A stretch of 64,000 bases of DNA from assembly GCA_052327205.1 (NCBI GenBank), contig CM126220.1, positions 13,206,001 to 13,270,000 on the forward strand, read 5' to 3'. Numbering within the stretch: position 1 is the stretch's first letter; each line of letters starts with the position of its first letter. The stretch is from Somniosus microcephalus. Lineage: Eukaryota. The notes beneath the pieces are model-generated. The model made no database searches and had not been told where the DNA came from. It saw nothing but the letters and a program-made list of their open reading frames with translations. Shown piece by piece: positions 10,691-22,022 of this stretch. Made by a program: the position numbers and the translations under genes.

Positions 10691-13130
10691 GCATGTATTA
10701 CATTATGTATAATGTTTCTGCTAAATTCCCCTCAAAAAATGCGTCCACCACCACCCCCCCCTGTAATTGACCTCTCTCCCAACTCAGTTCAAGATGAGAA
10801 CGCGGTTCATTGGAAAGGCTTGAAACCGCACAATTCAATTCCATAAAGGCAAGTTGAAATGATTAATATGTCGCGCGTGATTTCCCCCAGCCCTTTGTCA
10901 CATCTAGGAGCGGCGATGTGTTTGTTGTGTTTACAATCCTGGATCCTGGTGAAATGACTGGAAGCAAAAAAAGGTGGAGAGTTGTGGCGACCCTTCCCAA
11001 TTTTGGAGTGTGTGTTTGCACTTTCGGATTAGGTGGTGGGCGAGTTCTGGAGAGACTCAAAGGGTTTTTTGTTCAATTTAGGAATGTCGAAGCATTGGAG
11101 CTGATCGGTGGACTTGCTTGAGTTGAAATCGCTGGTTTGGGCTCTTACACAATAAGCTGAAATCCAATTGCTCAGAAACACCCGGATCCGCAGAGCCACA
11201 GAAACACCAGCAGAGCCTGCACTCACCTCACACAAACCACAAAACATCCGCGCACAGCGGCTCAGAATTGCGTTTTAGGCAGACAGGGAGAATGTCTCAA
11301 CCGGCCTCGGTCCTTCGTGAACACATCTGATTATTTATGTATGAATTTGAGGCTGTAGATGAGAAGGATGAAGAGTGACACTGGGCCCATTTAATAAAAG
11401 CTACAATCTCCAGTGTAGGACCCAACTGTTCTTCAAAAAATTTTTTTTGCCTGATGCCCCTACCCGGGGGGTCCACTCCACGAGTCAATCACTCTTCATG
11501 TGAAAATGAACTCTTTGGTTCGAGACCTCCTTTTTGCTATTTAGAGGCTGCCTTTCTTGAGAGCTTTGCTGCATCTACCCTCGCTAAAGAGATTTGCTAT
11601 CTCTGCCATGCCTCTGTACAAGGTCCCCTCCCCTTTCTCAAACTGCAAACACACCATATCAGGGCGACAGTAAATACTTTATTACGGTTACAGGGGCGAG
11701 GCCAGCAGAACTGGGTCCACTCTTGACATTGAGTGCTCCAGTACTTGTGGTCACCGTACACATTCCTGGCACAACTGATCGTTAATTCAGATCAGTAAAA
11801 CAGGATGTATCTGAACAGAGCTGAAGAAAAATCAGGAACTGGATAGAGTAGATGTATTTGTGCGTTTTATTTATCCACGTCACTTATATGTGTTGCACAT
11901 ATATACATTAATTATTTCGTATAACTATTTAACTTGTCTAGTGTTTAATGAAAGATTACAATAAACTAACTGTTGAAACGAGGCATTAAATATTCTACAT
12001 AAAACACAACATCGCTCTAACTGCAGGCACAAAAAACTGATTAACAGCCTGAAATATATTTTACCAAATGCTGTGTTGAAATTCATTGAACATCAATTAG
12101 TAACCATGTGAGGGCGAAAGTAATTGCCACGAAGGCTGGTTTAATAAAATTGGAACTAAACCTGATCATGTGAGTTTTCAGTGCAGTTTCTTTCTCTCTT
12201 CCAATAGCCATACCAATCCTGCTGAACTCGTTCCCTCATAGTCCACGACTCTCCCCTATTTATAAAAAGGTTGATTTTGCAGGGTTAGCAATATTTGTCA
12301 ACATCGCCCCCCCCTCCCCCCGCCCGTCTCGTTTGCCGAGAAAACCCTATCACAGTTCAAGGAGGAATTTGAGGATTGAGCTACGTTTATCTACCTGCCG
12401 ACCTGCAATAACCCACTATAGGCGTTTACCTCGGCATAATTCGTATGCAAATCGCTGTTGAGAATGATTTGCCCAATTGCGGTTAGCAATTTCGTACAAT
12501 CATTGCATTTTGTTTTCTATTTAGACCGGGAAAGCGGGATTATGAATGGTCATTTGTGTATTGATATGTTTCAAGTGATGTTTTTATATGGTAATCTGGC
12601 CTACATTATTTTGTACTGTTCAATGTAGACGAAATCGATCGTATTCTGATCATTAATTTTGTAAAGAAAATTGTTTTTACATTTCAAAGGCACGATGGAT
12701 CGAATTAATATTTTGCAAACCGTTTATTCGGCAACTATATTCATTTTGCAGTAAGAGAATGTGATCATTTATATCTAATGGGATTAGGGGATGACGGATC
12801 TGTAAAGATTGCGGGGTCGGGGAAGATAAGTCCTAACTAAATAATTCATTAATCAGATTTGTGTTAAGTGATAGAATGTTTTTTTCCCCTTCTCTTTCAG
12901 GGTGGCTGGTGTGAGTTAATGCCCAGTCACCCAGTGTCAGAAGGGATCTCAGCTATTTCCCCCTCTTTACATTCAAAATAAAGCGAGACCAACTCAGCCG
13001 TCCCACAGTGTGACAATGGGGAGAGACTCCGGCTCAATCCTCTCCTGCCTTTGAGCAGCTTGGATTCTTGTTAAAGCAACAGTGTATGACTCTGCAGTTT
13101 CCAGTCTCCTGGCCCCAACTACCTCCTTTT

Positions 13131-13333
13131 CACTAGTACGATAGCAAAATACTGCAGATGCTGGAAATCCGAATTAACAACAGAAAATGCTGGAAAAACT
13201 CAGCAGGCCAGGCAACATCCGTGGAGAGAGAAACAGAGTCAACCTTTCGACCTTGAAACGTCGACTCTGTTTCTCTCTCCACGGATGTTGCCTGGCCTGC
13301 TGAGTTTTTCCAGCATTTTCTGTTGTTAATTCG
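13131..13333. mobile_element. Penelope-like palindromic repeat (71-bp perfect stem)
   Basis: 13170-13240 is the exact reverse complement of 13263-13333. Confidence 0.8.
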
Positions 13334-14407
13334 CCTCTTTTTCACTATGGACGTACAATGTATTAGTGTATGACTTTACAGCGGACCTCCAAGAGGGACA
13401 CCGAAGGAGACCATTCAACCCCTCGGGCCTCTTACGCCATTCAATTAGATTCTGTATCTTAACTTCGTTTACCCGCCTTGGTTCCTGTAATCCTTTTCAA
13501 AAACGGGTTACACATTTCTAAAAGGACCAGCAAGTAAAGGATAGGCTTCCAATGGTACCTCCGGACATTCTGTCACGGCCACCGGGTCCAATTCGCAGAC
13601 CATGGTGGAGCTGGTGGGCCATGTACTGGATCTCATTCCCAAGTATAAGTACACCCCTTCCTGGGGAACCTTAAGCAACACAACTATTCACACTGACTAT
13701 CGAGATGATATACCCACCATAACAACTACCTTCTGGCCGGGTGAGAAAATATTTATCATTGCAGGAAGCAATTGTTTATATAAATCACTTCTTATTTCCG
13801 TAAACGGCATTCCTCGAGTCGGTAGTGGGTATTAAATAAAGGAAGGAGTTAATTTATTATGGGGCATCGGTTACTGAGAAATCAGCGGGGGGCTTTGTGA
13901 TAAACTACTTCATGTTAGTCCCCAGTGTGTAGGTATCACTTTAAATCCGCGTTGGGTGTGAGACTGGGTATGGGGGTCAGTGTTGCTCAATCTTAGCTTC
14001 CAATCTTGTGTGGGTGATTATAAAAAATGCCAGTGCGGTTTTTGGAGTGGAGGATTCGTGTTGCAATACTATCCGATGTGGTGAAGCTTTTTAAAAAAAG
14101 TTTTTTTTAACCCTCAGCCAAGATTTCACATCAGTTCCAATATGCAACCCCTGCCCCTCGCCAATAAATGGGGCGTATTGCTAGTGCTGGTACCAGTAGT
14201 GTGGAGCACACTGAGCTGACTGCCGTGTCTATCACCAGCCCTGTACAATCACCTTCGACCGCCAGCACTCAGTAACTAACTCGCCGAGCTAACAGACTCG
14301 CCCGGCCGCATGCATGCTCAGTGCACCTGGAATCGTGCAACGCGCTTTGAGACGATTCCGAGAGGGTGCTGTCTAAATCCAGGCCTGCTAATATTAATGA
14401 TCATTTT

Positions 14408-14640
14408 AGAGTCATAACGGCACAGAAGGAGGCCATTCGGCCCATCGAGTCCATGCCGGCTCTCTGTAGAGCAATCCAGTCAGTCCCATTCCCCCGCTCT
14501 ATCCCCGTAGCCCTGCAAGTTTATTTCCCTCAAGTGCATATCCAGTCTCCCCTTGAAAACATTGAGTGTCTCCGCTTCCACCACTTCAGTCGGCAGCGAG
14601 TTCCAGGTCCTCGCCCCTCGCTGCGTAAAAAAGTTTTTTT
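14408..14640 (-). mobile_element. CR1 LINE 3' fragment
   Basis: FFTQRGARTWNSLPTEVVEAETLNVFKGRLD (ORF 14480..14713). Confidence 0.75.
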
Positions 14641-15051
14641 TAGTTTTACAGTTGGTTCCAGACCCCGGAAAACTCTGAGGCTGAACATTGATACAGACCC
14701 GCGTCCCGCTCAAATTTCACTTCATTCGTTTGGCGCAGCACCGCCGGTTGCATTTTAGTGATAGTTCTCGAATGAGATCGAAAATTGGAAAGTAAAGCTG
14801 CATTTTTTTTAATTTTGCCTTCAAAGACCCCGGGGTGTAACGAGACGGAATATGTCGCTAAGATTGAACATCGGCCGGACTCCTTGACCCGCAGTCCGCC
14901 ACAAGCTGGGTTATTATTTCTTATTAAAGTCGAGAACGGCCGACTGTTAAGGAAACAATCACTCGGGGTTAGAATTGATTTGTTTTCCTGAAAAATCTTT
15001 TATACTGCGGTTCAAGAGTCTGAAGGCTGCTTTAACACAACGAATTCTAAA

Positions 15052-15252
15052 GAACATTAGGAACAGGAGGAGGCCAGTCGGCTGATCTGTACCTCAAGTC
15101 TATTTACGCGTTTTGCTCCATATCCCTTGATATCCTTTCCCAACAAAAAATCCACTGATCCCGGTCTTGAAAGCTCCAATTGACCCGCAGCTTTTGGGGG
15201 AGAAAGTTCCTGATTTCCACTATCCTTTGTGTGAAGAAGTGCTTCCTGACTT
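15052..15252 (-). mobile_element. CR1 LINE 3' fragment, degenerate
   Basis: aagaacattaggaacaggaggaggcc tail and ccctttgtgtgaagaagtgcttcct-like block. Confidence 0.55.
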
Positions 15253-16169
15253 TGCTTCGTTTTAATTTTTAAGGATTGAAAAGCAGAACTGCACTAAACA
15301 TAATATTTATTTCTGCGAGATTATAATAGCCTATGATTACATTTTCACTAAATTATTCCGTGTCATTAAGTACTAGTCTAAGGGATTTTTTTTAAATGAT
15401 GGAGCAATTCCATTGAATTCATTTCAGTTCTGGTGCCGTGTTCACACTCGGCAATGATTATGTCTTTTCGCTTTTGCCCTGACTGACTTGCTATAAATTT
15501 GCAGCATTTTCTGTTTTTAATCCATTAGATCTAACGCCATTAACAGTTATAATTTCTAACAATTTCCCAGCTCACATTTAAGTAGCCAGACCCTGCACAT
15601 ATTGCATTACATGAAACATGGGGTTGGTAAAATAAATAGTTATACGGTTGTTTTATGTTTTATAATCACAATGGAAGTCAGATAGGATTTTTAGCTGAAT
15701 TGTTTTAATGGGCTTGAAGTATCTGTGCCATTTTCAAGTATCTCTGGGTCAGAGGCAGAGCCCTGGTATGACTTGCTACAGATAGTACAATACTGTGTGT
15801 CTATATCTCGAGCAACCTTTTCCAATGGGTTCAATTTACTGATTCCAGCGTTAATCCTGGGAATCTTTTTGGGCTATGTTTCTAAGGTCGGCTCTCCTGG
15901 ACGTTATCTCCTAACCCCGGCGTTCAAAGCGGATGTCTCCTGTGGAAAGATAACGGCGCCTAACATTGTGCAGACTGTGAGTGGAACGAATAGAGAGGTG
16001 TGTGTGTGTGTGTGTGTGTTGGGGGGGGGGGGGGCGGTGGATGGAGGGGGAGCGGCACTTCAAGCGAGTTTATTTAGTTTCACGGATCCTGATGTCCCCA
16101 TTTTTTTTGTATTAAAAGGTAGGTACAAATAGACTCAAACCAGAAAGAGGTATTTGCTCTCTGACAGGG

Positions 16170-16947
16170 TGGGTTTCTAAAACACTCATTTTATTAACGT
16201 GATTATGAACTTATTATTAAAGACGTCTCCGCTTCCATTCTATTTCTTAAAGCCTGGGATGGTGGCGACAAGGACCAAAGGTCGGTCCATGTGTACGCTT
16301 CCCAATTATTTTTCACACACTCTTGCCATCGAGATGCTAACCGAGCTCATCCACATCGCGCTTTGACTCCATCCAATATTCGTGACTGTCAAACGGTTGT
16401 CAGCTGCCGCGTTCGCACATTTACAGGGAGTTTACACTCGGCAAACGGGGCCGATCCATCACAGTGTCTTGAGTAGGTCTCAGTACAGGGGGGTAGCTGA
16501 AAAATTGTTGTAAACACACATTTTGGGATTTTCCCCCTTAAATGATAATAATTATGCTATTCACTAGAAGAGAAAACGGGACATTTAGTCTTTCTTTAAA
16601 TTTACCAGTTTATATAGAAAATTACAACACACTGGTTCATTTAAAAAAGATACGAAAGCCATTTTACAACAAAGTTTTCACATTAAAACAATATCGACTA
16701 CTAAAAAGTAACGGTTTACCATCTAAATATACAGTATCTACAGGTTAAATATCTACACTTATCTACACTATCCCTGTTCACGGGTGCCATCCTTTAGGTT
16801 ACTGTTACTCCTCCACACAGTCCCTGCGTGTTTTTCTTAATATAATCATTTGCACCATCCATACTGTAAGGAACAATAAATACCAACTTCATTCCGCGAT
16901 AAGATCAGCGTGACCAAACTTTGGCACTATAATTTGAATAGATAATA

Positions 16948-16984
<37 letters not shown>

Positions 16985-18263
16985 ACGGTTTAACATGTCA
17001 CCAAACAACAACGACATGGCATATCGATAAATACCGACTATTTTTTTTGTCTTTCTTCCTGTTTCAGATCACATGCAGAAATTAAGGCATTCTTTGGTGG
17101 ACATCGGAACAGACAAGAAATACAAGCGAATTAATATTCAGACATAAAAATAACGCAATGGAGCCTCGGTTAGGGCTGATTGTCTGTTCGCAACGTGTCT
17201 GTATTTTAAGAGTAACACAGTATGTGAAATACAGCCTCACATCCATTTTCCAAATATAATATTTAGTTGTAATCTGCACACAAAACTAGAGAAATATATA
17301 TATTTTAAATTAGAATATTACAAATGCTTGGATCAGTAGATAGCTTTCAACTTGCATATCTTACAATAATTCATGGAGGGTTCTGAAATGATTTGTTATT
17401 TTTCGTTTTTAATGTAATACTTAATGCACCGGGAATGTGATGTGCTATTCTCACTTTATCTGTCTACATGCCCACCGGTATGAACACACAATCAAACGGC
17501 TGCATTGCCTGAATGATGCAGCCATTGCTAATACAATCGAAGCACACACTCGTTATAAAACACAAACGTGTTAAGCCTTTAACTATAGGTGGCCAATGGG
17601 ATAAGTCCGTGCCATTGCGAAACTGTCGCCAGCGTCCTCGTAATAAACAACATATGGCTTTCTCTCAAAGCTGAAAGTGCAACTCGAATAACCTTTGCCG
17701 TACAAATAAAATAAAATTAAACTCCAGTTGCCGTTATTATCCAGTTATCAGTGCAGTCATGCTCTGAAGCCACTTTGCTCACTTGCCATGCTTTCCATCC
17801 AGCCACGTGGGACCACGCCGCCCTTGGGACCAATGGGAGGCGAGATGTCCCGCCCGCGTCGCTCCCCAATTGGTTGACCCGTAGCCGTCAATCTGCCGCC
17901 ACGCAGCCGCCCATTGGCCGAATGCCGCGCCAGTCAATCAAGCAAAACAGAACAACCAATCACAACTCTAGGATTAAGAACAAACGCGCCTTGGACCCCC
18001 GCCCACTCACAAGCCAATCAGGACTCAAGCCCGCCTTCTCGCTGCACTGCGATTGGTCAGTGGGCTGTCAATCAACCTGCCGGACGGTGTCACTGACCCA
18101 TCAAAGTGAAATGTCCACCAACATGGACCTCCCTTGAACTGCAAACCATGAGAACAGTTCAATTAAAGCAATGAGACAGATAATTCCCCCTTTTTTTGTG
18201 CATCTTCTTTAGTTTGCAGCATTAGTAGTTTTTTAAAAAGTACATAGCAGTATATCCTTGACG
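16170..18263 (-). other. TBX1: Putative TBX1 3' UTR (distal end uncertain)
   Basis: Follows the stop codon and lacks recognisable TEs. A canonical AATAAA on the minus strand is at 16195-16190; a variant TATAAA is at 16614-16609. Confidence 0.45.
16951..16982. repeat. (GT)n microsatellite
   Basis: Perfect GT run. Confidence 0.95.
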
Positions 18264-18628
18264 TTATCTGTGCCCATAGTCATAATTAGTGGGCGCTGCA
18301 CTGGCAGGGTACATGTTTGCAGTTGGGTTCATGTGGTGGTAGCCATGGCTCGCTATGCCGGGCAGCGGGTAAGGGCTGGGCCGGGCTTTGGCACCGATGT
18401 AAGCATCGTGGTAGGAGCGGTACTTGTAGGTGTGGTGGAGGCTGTCCGGCGTCTGCGTGTGGGGGTCCAGTCGCAGTTCGTGAGGAGGGCTGGGCCGGGT
18501 GAGCGGGTGCAGTCCGCCGGGGAGAGCCGGGCTCAGCACCCGGGACATGAGCTGCTGCTGGTGTGGGTGTTCCCCGTGCATGGCTGTCCGGTTAGGATCC
18601 CGGTCATAGTCACCTCTGGCGTCTCCAT
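18264..18628 (-). CDS. TBX1: TBX1 terminal coding exon
   Basis: Acceptor ttatttgcag|AT; DGDARGDYDRDP...SRVLSPAL...LHHTYKY...AKARPSPYPLP...YDYGHR, TAA stop at 18266-18264; resembles the vertebrate TBX1C C-terminus. Confidence 0.93.
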
Positions 18629-18702
18629 CTGCAAATAAAACGTGCCAAGGTTTAGAGATGCACACACTGAATTTCGACTCACAGGACAACAACTTATCAA
18701 AT

Positions 18703-19197
18703 CCTAGGAGCAGGAGTAGGCCATTCTGCCCCTTGAGCCTGTTCCACCATTCAATGAGATCAAGGCTGATCTGCGACCTAACTCCACATACATTGAAACA
18801 TAGAAGATAGGAGCAGGAGTAGGCCATTCGGCCCCTCGAGCCTGCTCCGCCATTCAATGAGATCATGGCTGATCATACCCGCCACTGGCCCATATTCTTT
18901 AATATCTTTGTTTAACAAAAATCTATCAATCTCAGATTTAAAATTAACAATTGATCTAGCATTTGCAGACGAGAGTTCCAAAAGTCTACCACCCTTTGTG
19001 TGTAGAAGTGTTTCCTAATTTCATTCCTGAAAGGTCTGGCTCTAATTTTTAGACTATGCCCCCTAGTCCTAGACTCACCAACCAGCAGAAATAGTTTCTC
19101 TCTATCTACCCTATCTGTTCCCCTTAATATCCTGAAAAACTTCGATCAAATCACCCCTTAACCTTCTAAATTCCAGGGAATGCCACCCTAGTTTGTG
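18703..19197 (-). mobile_element. CR1 LINE 3' fragment with a second CR1 tail in tandem
   Basis: Two taggagcaggagtaggccatt...ggctgatc tails (about 18705 and 18808); FKSEIDRFL ORF2 remnant. Confidence 0.8.
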
Positions 19198-19204
19198 TAT
19201 ATCA

Positions 19205-19570
19205 TGAATTATCAAATTATGAAGGGGTTTGATAGGGTAGACTTGGAAAAGAAGTTTCCATTTGTGGGGAGTCCAAAACTAGGGGCTATAAATAATAGTC
19301 ACTAATAAATCCAATAAGGAATTCAGGAGAAACATCTTTACCGAGAGAGTGGTCAGCATGTGGAACTCGCTACCACAGGGAGTGGTTGAAGCGAATGGCA
19401 TTGATGCATTTAAAGGCGAAGCTAGTTAAACACATGAAGGAGAAAGGAACAGAAGGATATGTGGATAGGGTGTGATGAAGTGAGGTGGGAGGAGGCTCGT
19501 GTGGGTCATAAACACCTGCATAGCCCGATTGGGCCGAATGGCCTGACTCTGTGCTGTAAATTCTATGTAA
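19205..19570 (+). mobile_element. CR1 LINE 3' fragment
   Basis: atgaaggggtttgatagggtagac...aactaggggc...ggccgaatggcctgactctgtgctgtaa. Confidence 0.8.
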
Positions 19571-20514
19571 CCCGCTCCTGTCCTGAACAGTTGGGCAAAA
19601 GATTGGGAATGCTTTCCACACTGTCCCTCGCTTAATATATTGTGATGTAGGCTTAAATGCAAAGCAAAGTTAACACAGAATAGACTTAGCTATAATGCAC
19701 GAACCCTGCATCGCTGGGTCAATGCTGAGACAGCCGACCGTCTGAAAGTTTGCTTCAATAAATCATGCACGTTTAAAAAAAAATCTAAAAACAACCATTA
19801 CTTCTGTACGGCCAGTGTAAAAAGAAATGTAAATGCTTTTTAAATGTGAAGATAATTAATGATGGGACGGGGCTTTCAATGTGGCTCATTGTTGCGGTTG
19901 CTCGGTGGATTGACAAGGTTCCGATCCAGCAGAGCGAACTCAGCCTCTAACCCTTCCTGAGGTGAATAATACAAGGAGCCTATCTATGGGAGCGGGGTGA
20001 AAGCAGGGTATGTGTTGCATTGGCGCCGTATCTGTCCGGCACGCGCCCTGTTGTTGGTCAATACAAGTAGAGGCTGGGACCGCAAAAACCTTTCTCCCTG
20101 TGGTTTTTACTGCAACGAAAAGGCGCAAACAAAGGATCCGAAGAATTTTGCGATAGAATAATTTAGTTAAACTCGTCTTAACTCGAGGACTCCTTACAAT
20201 CTCTCGGGGGGAGTGGAAGGTTGAGATATGCCGCTATGTAATCCTTTAGGTACAAAGGGTATCAATTATTTGACCATTGCATCATTTCTTTTTTGAATGC
20301 TGTGCTCTGGCAAAAAGTTTATTTCCTTTTTAATGTATGATTAGATATAACATTGCTTTGAAGTGGATGTAGGGTGTAAAAGAAAAAAGCTGTTATTGGA
20401 GTAACATCATTCACATGGGCGCCATCAAAAGATCGTGGAGAATCCGGAATTTGCTTTCGCTGCTCTGGTCAATTAGTAAAGAAGATAAAGAAATTATTAT
20501 ATATATAAATGAAA

Positions 20515-20960
20515 ACACTTGCATTTCTATAGCGCCTTTCACGATCTCAGGTCATCCCAAAGCGCTGTACAGCCAATGAAGTACTTTTTGAAGGCTAGTC
20601 ACTGCTGTAATGTAGGAAATGCGGCAGCCAATTTGCGCACAGCAAGCTCCCACAAACAGCAACGTGATGACCGATCAGATAATCTGTTTTTTCAGCGATG
20701 TTGGTTGAGGGATAAATATAGGACCAGGACACCCAGGGAGAACTCCCCTGCTCTTCTTCGAAATAGTGCCAGGGGATCTTTTACAACCACCTGGCAGAGC
20801 AGCTGGTTTAACGTCTCATCCAAAAGACAGCCCCTCCGACAGTGCAGCACTCCCTCAGCACTGCACTGGAGTGTCAGCCTAGATTTTTATGCTCAAGTCT
20901 CTGGAGTGAGACTTGAACCCACAACCTTCAGACTCAGAGGCGAGAGAGTGCGACCACTCT
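20515..20960 (-). mobile_element. Near full-length Deu-domain SINE inside the last TBX1 intron
   Basis: Same head, central domain and tail as 6587-7031; B box GGTTCAAGTCT. Confidence 0.8.
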
Positions 20961-21299
20961 TGTTGAGTAGCGTATTCACTAAAGTGTGTGAGCAATTTAA
21001 TTTGGGCAATCAGAAGTGGCCGTAGAACGGTCCACAGTGGATGTCGACACTTTCGGGTTTTTAGTTTGGCATGTATAATACAGATCTACACATTGTACTT
21101 AGAAGCAGGGTTGTTAAAAGTTATTCCATTATTCCTGTAGCCTTGAATTGAAAATTACTCTTTAATTTTTAGAACCCACTTCACCTTGCATTCTTTAGTC
21201 CAGATGCATTCTCTAAATTCACACTGAACAAGCCAATTGGAGGGGCTAGGAGTCCTTCAAAAATCAGGAGGGAAACGTTATATTTAATTCACATTAAAC

Positions 21300-21520
21300 A
21301 TGAAAGATCCCAGAAGAACAGAGAGAGTTTCCCAGTGTCCTGGCCCCTTAACCAACAACACAAAAACCTATTTAAGGGGTCATTTGTCTCACTTGCTGTT
21401 TGTGGGAGCTTGCTGTGCACAAACTGGTGGCCAGATTTGTCTACATTACTGCACTTGGAAAAAGTAATTCATTTGGCTGCATGAAGAGCTCGGGGATGTC
21501 CTCAGGACGTGCACGACACG
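21300..21520 (+). mobile_element. Deu-type SINE 3' half, degenerate
   Basis: aaagatccca...gtgtcctggcc...gctgtttgtgggagcttgctgtgcac...gatgtcctcagg. Confidence 0.55.
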
Positions 21521-21649
21521 ATATATTCTTATATTTTAAATATATGCATTTAAAGAGTGCCCGAAGTTAGTTTGCCTGAAGGAAACTGCCGTGCTTGGCG
21601 GTGTTGCCTGGTGTATTTGAGACACAGATCGAGGGCCGCGACACTCTAC

Positions 21650-21747
21650 CTTTCTCGCTGCCGTTCTGTTGCGGTGATGACACCGGGTTTCGATTTCTGG
21701 CGAAAGCGCTGATTAACTGTAAAGAGCCCGGTCTGTGATTCCTCGGC
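21650..21747 (-). CDS. TBX1: TBX1 coding exon (post T-box)
   Basis: attttag|G CCG AGG...; [33 protein letters not shown]; donor G|gtagag; 98 nt, phases fit both neighbours. Confidence 0.92.
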
Positions 21748-21954
21748 CTAAAATATGGTACAAAACTGTTCATTCGAGAACATTTATATCAATCCCAGGT
21801 ACTGTGTGTTCTTTTTTTAATAAAATAAAAACATGATGACAATGCGTGCAAAAAATATTTTCTTTAACTTGTCAAATCTCAAACAAACGTTACAAATCTA
21901 GTCTAGTTATCAAATGAAGTTCGCCCGTCCCTTCCACTCAAGAAACAGGCTTAC

Positions 21955-22022
21955 CAGTCTTCGGGATCACAGTCTCTAAATCCTTTTGCGAATGGATTGC
22001 TTGCGATTTTTAATTGTGTTAT
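21955..22022 (-). CDS. TBX1: TBX1 coding exon (T-box C-terminus)
   Basis: ccctcag|ATA...; [23 protein letters not shown]; donor TG|gtaagc; 68 nt, too short for the ORF track. Confidence 0.96.

Noticed and set aside
1-16000. Expected neighbours GNB1L (this side) and GP1BB/SEPT5 (far side)
   Set aside because: No WD40, LRR or septin peptide recognised; they probably lie outside the window, though short exons could be missed.
17751-18638. Plus-strand ORFs 17751..18137 and 18258..18638
   Set aside because: Antisense shadows of GC-rich TBX1 exon and UTR sequence with no recognisable domain.
18629-18866. In-frame upstream extension of the terminal-exon ORF (18264..18866)
   Set aside because: Intronic CR1 tail sequence; the true acceptor is at 18628.
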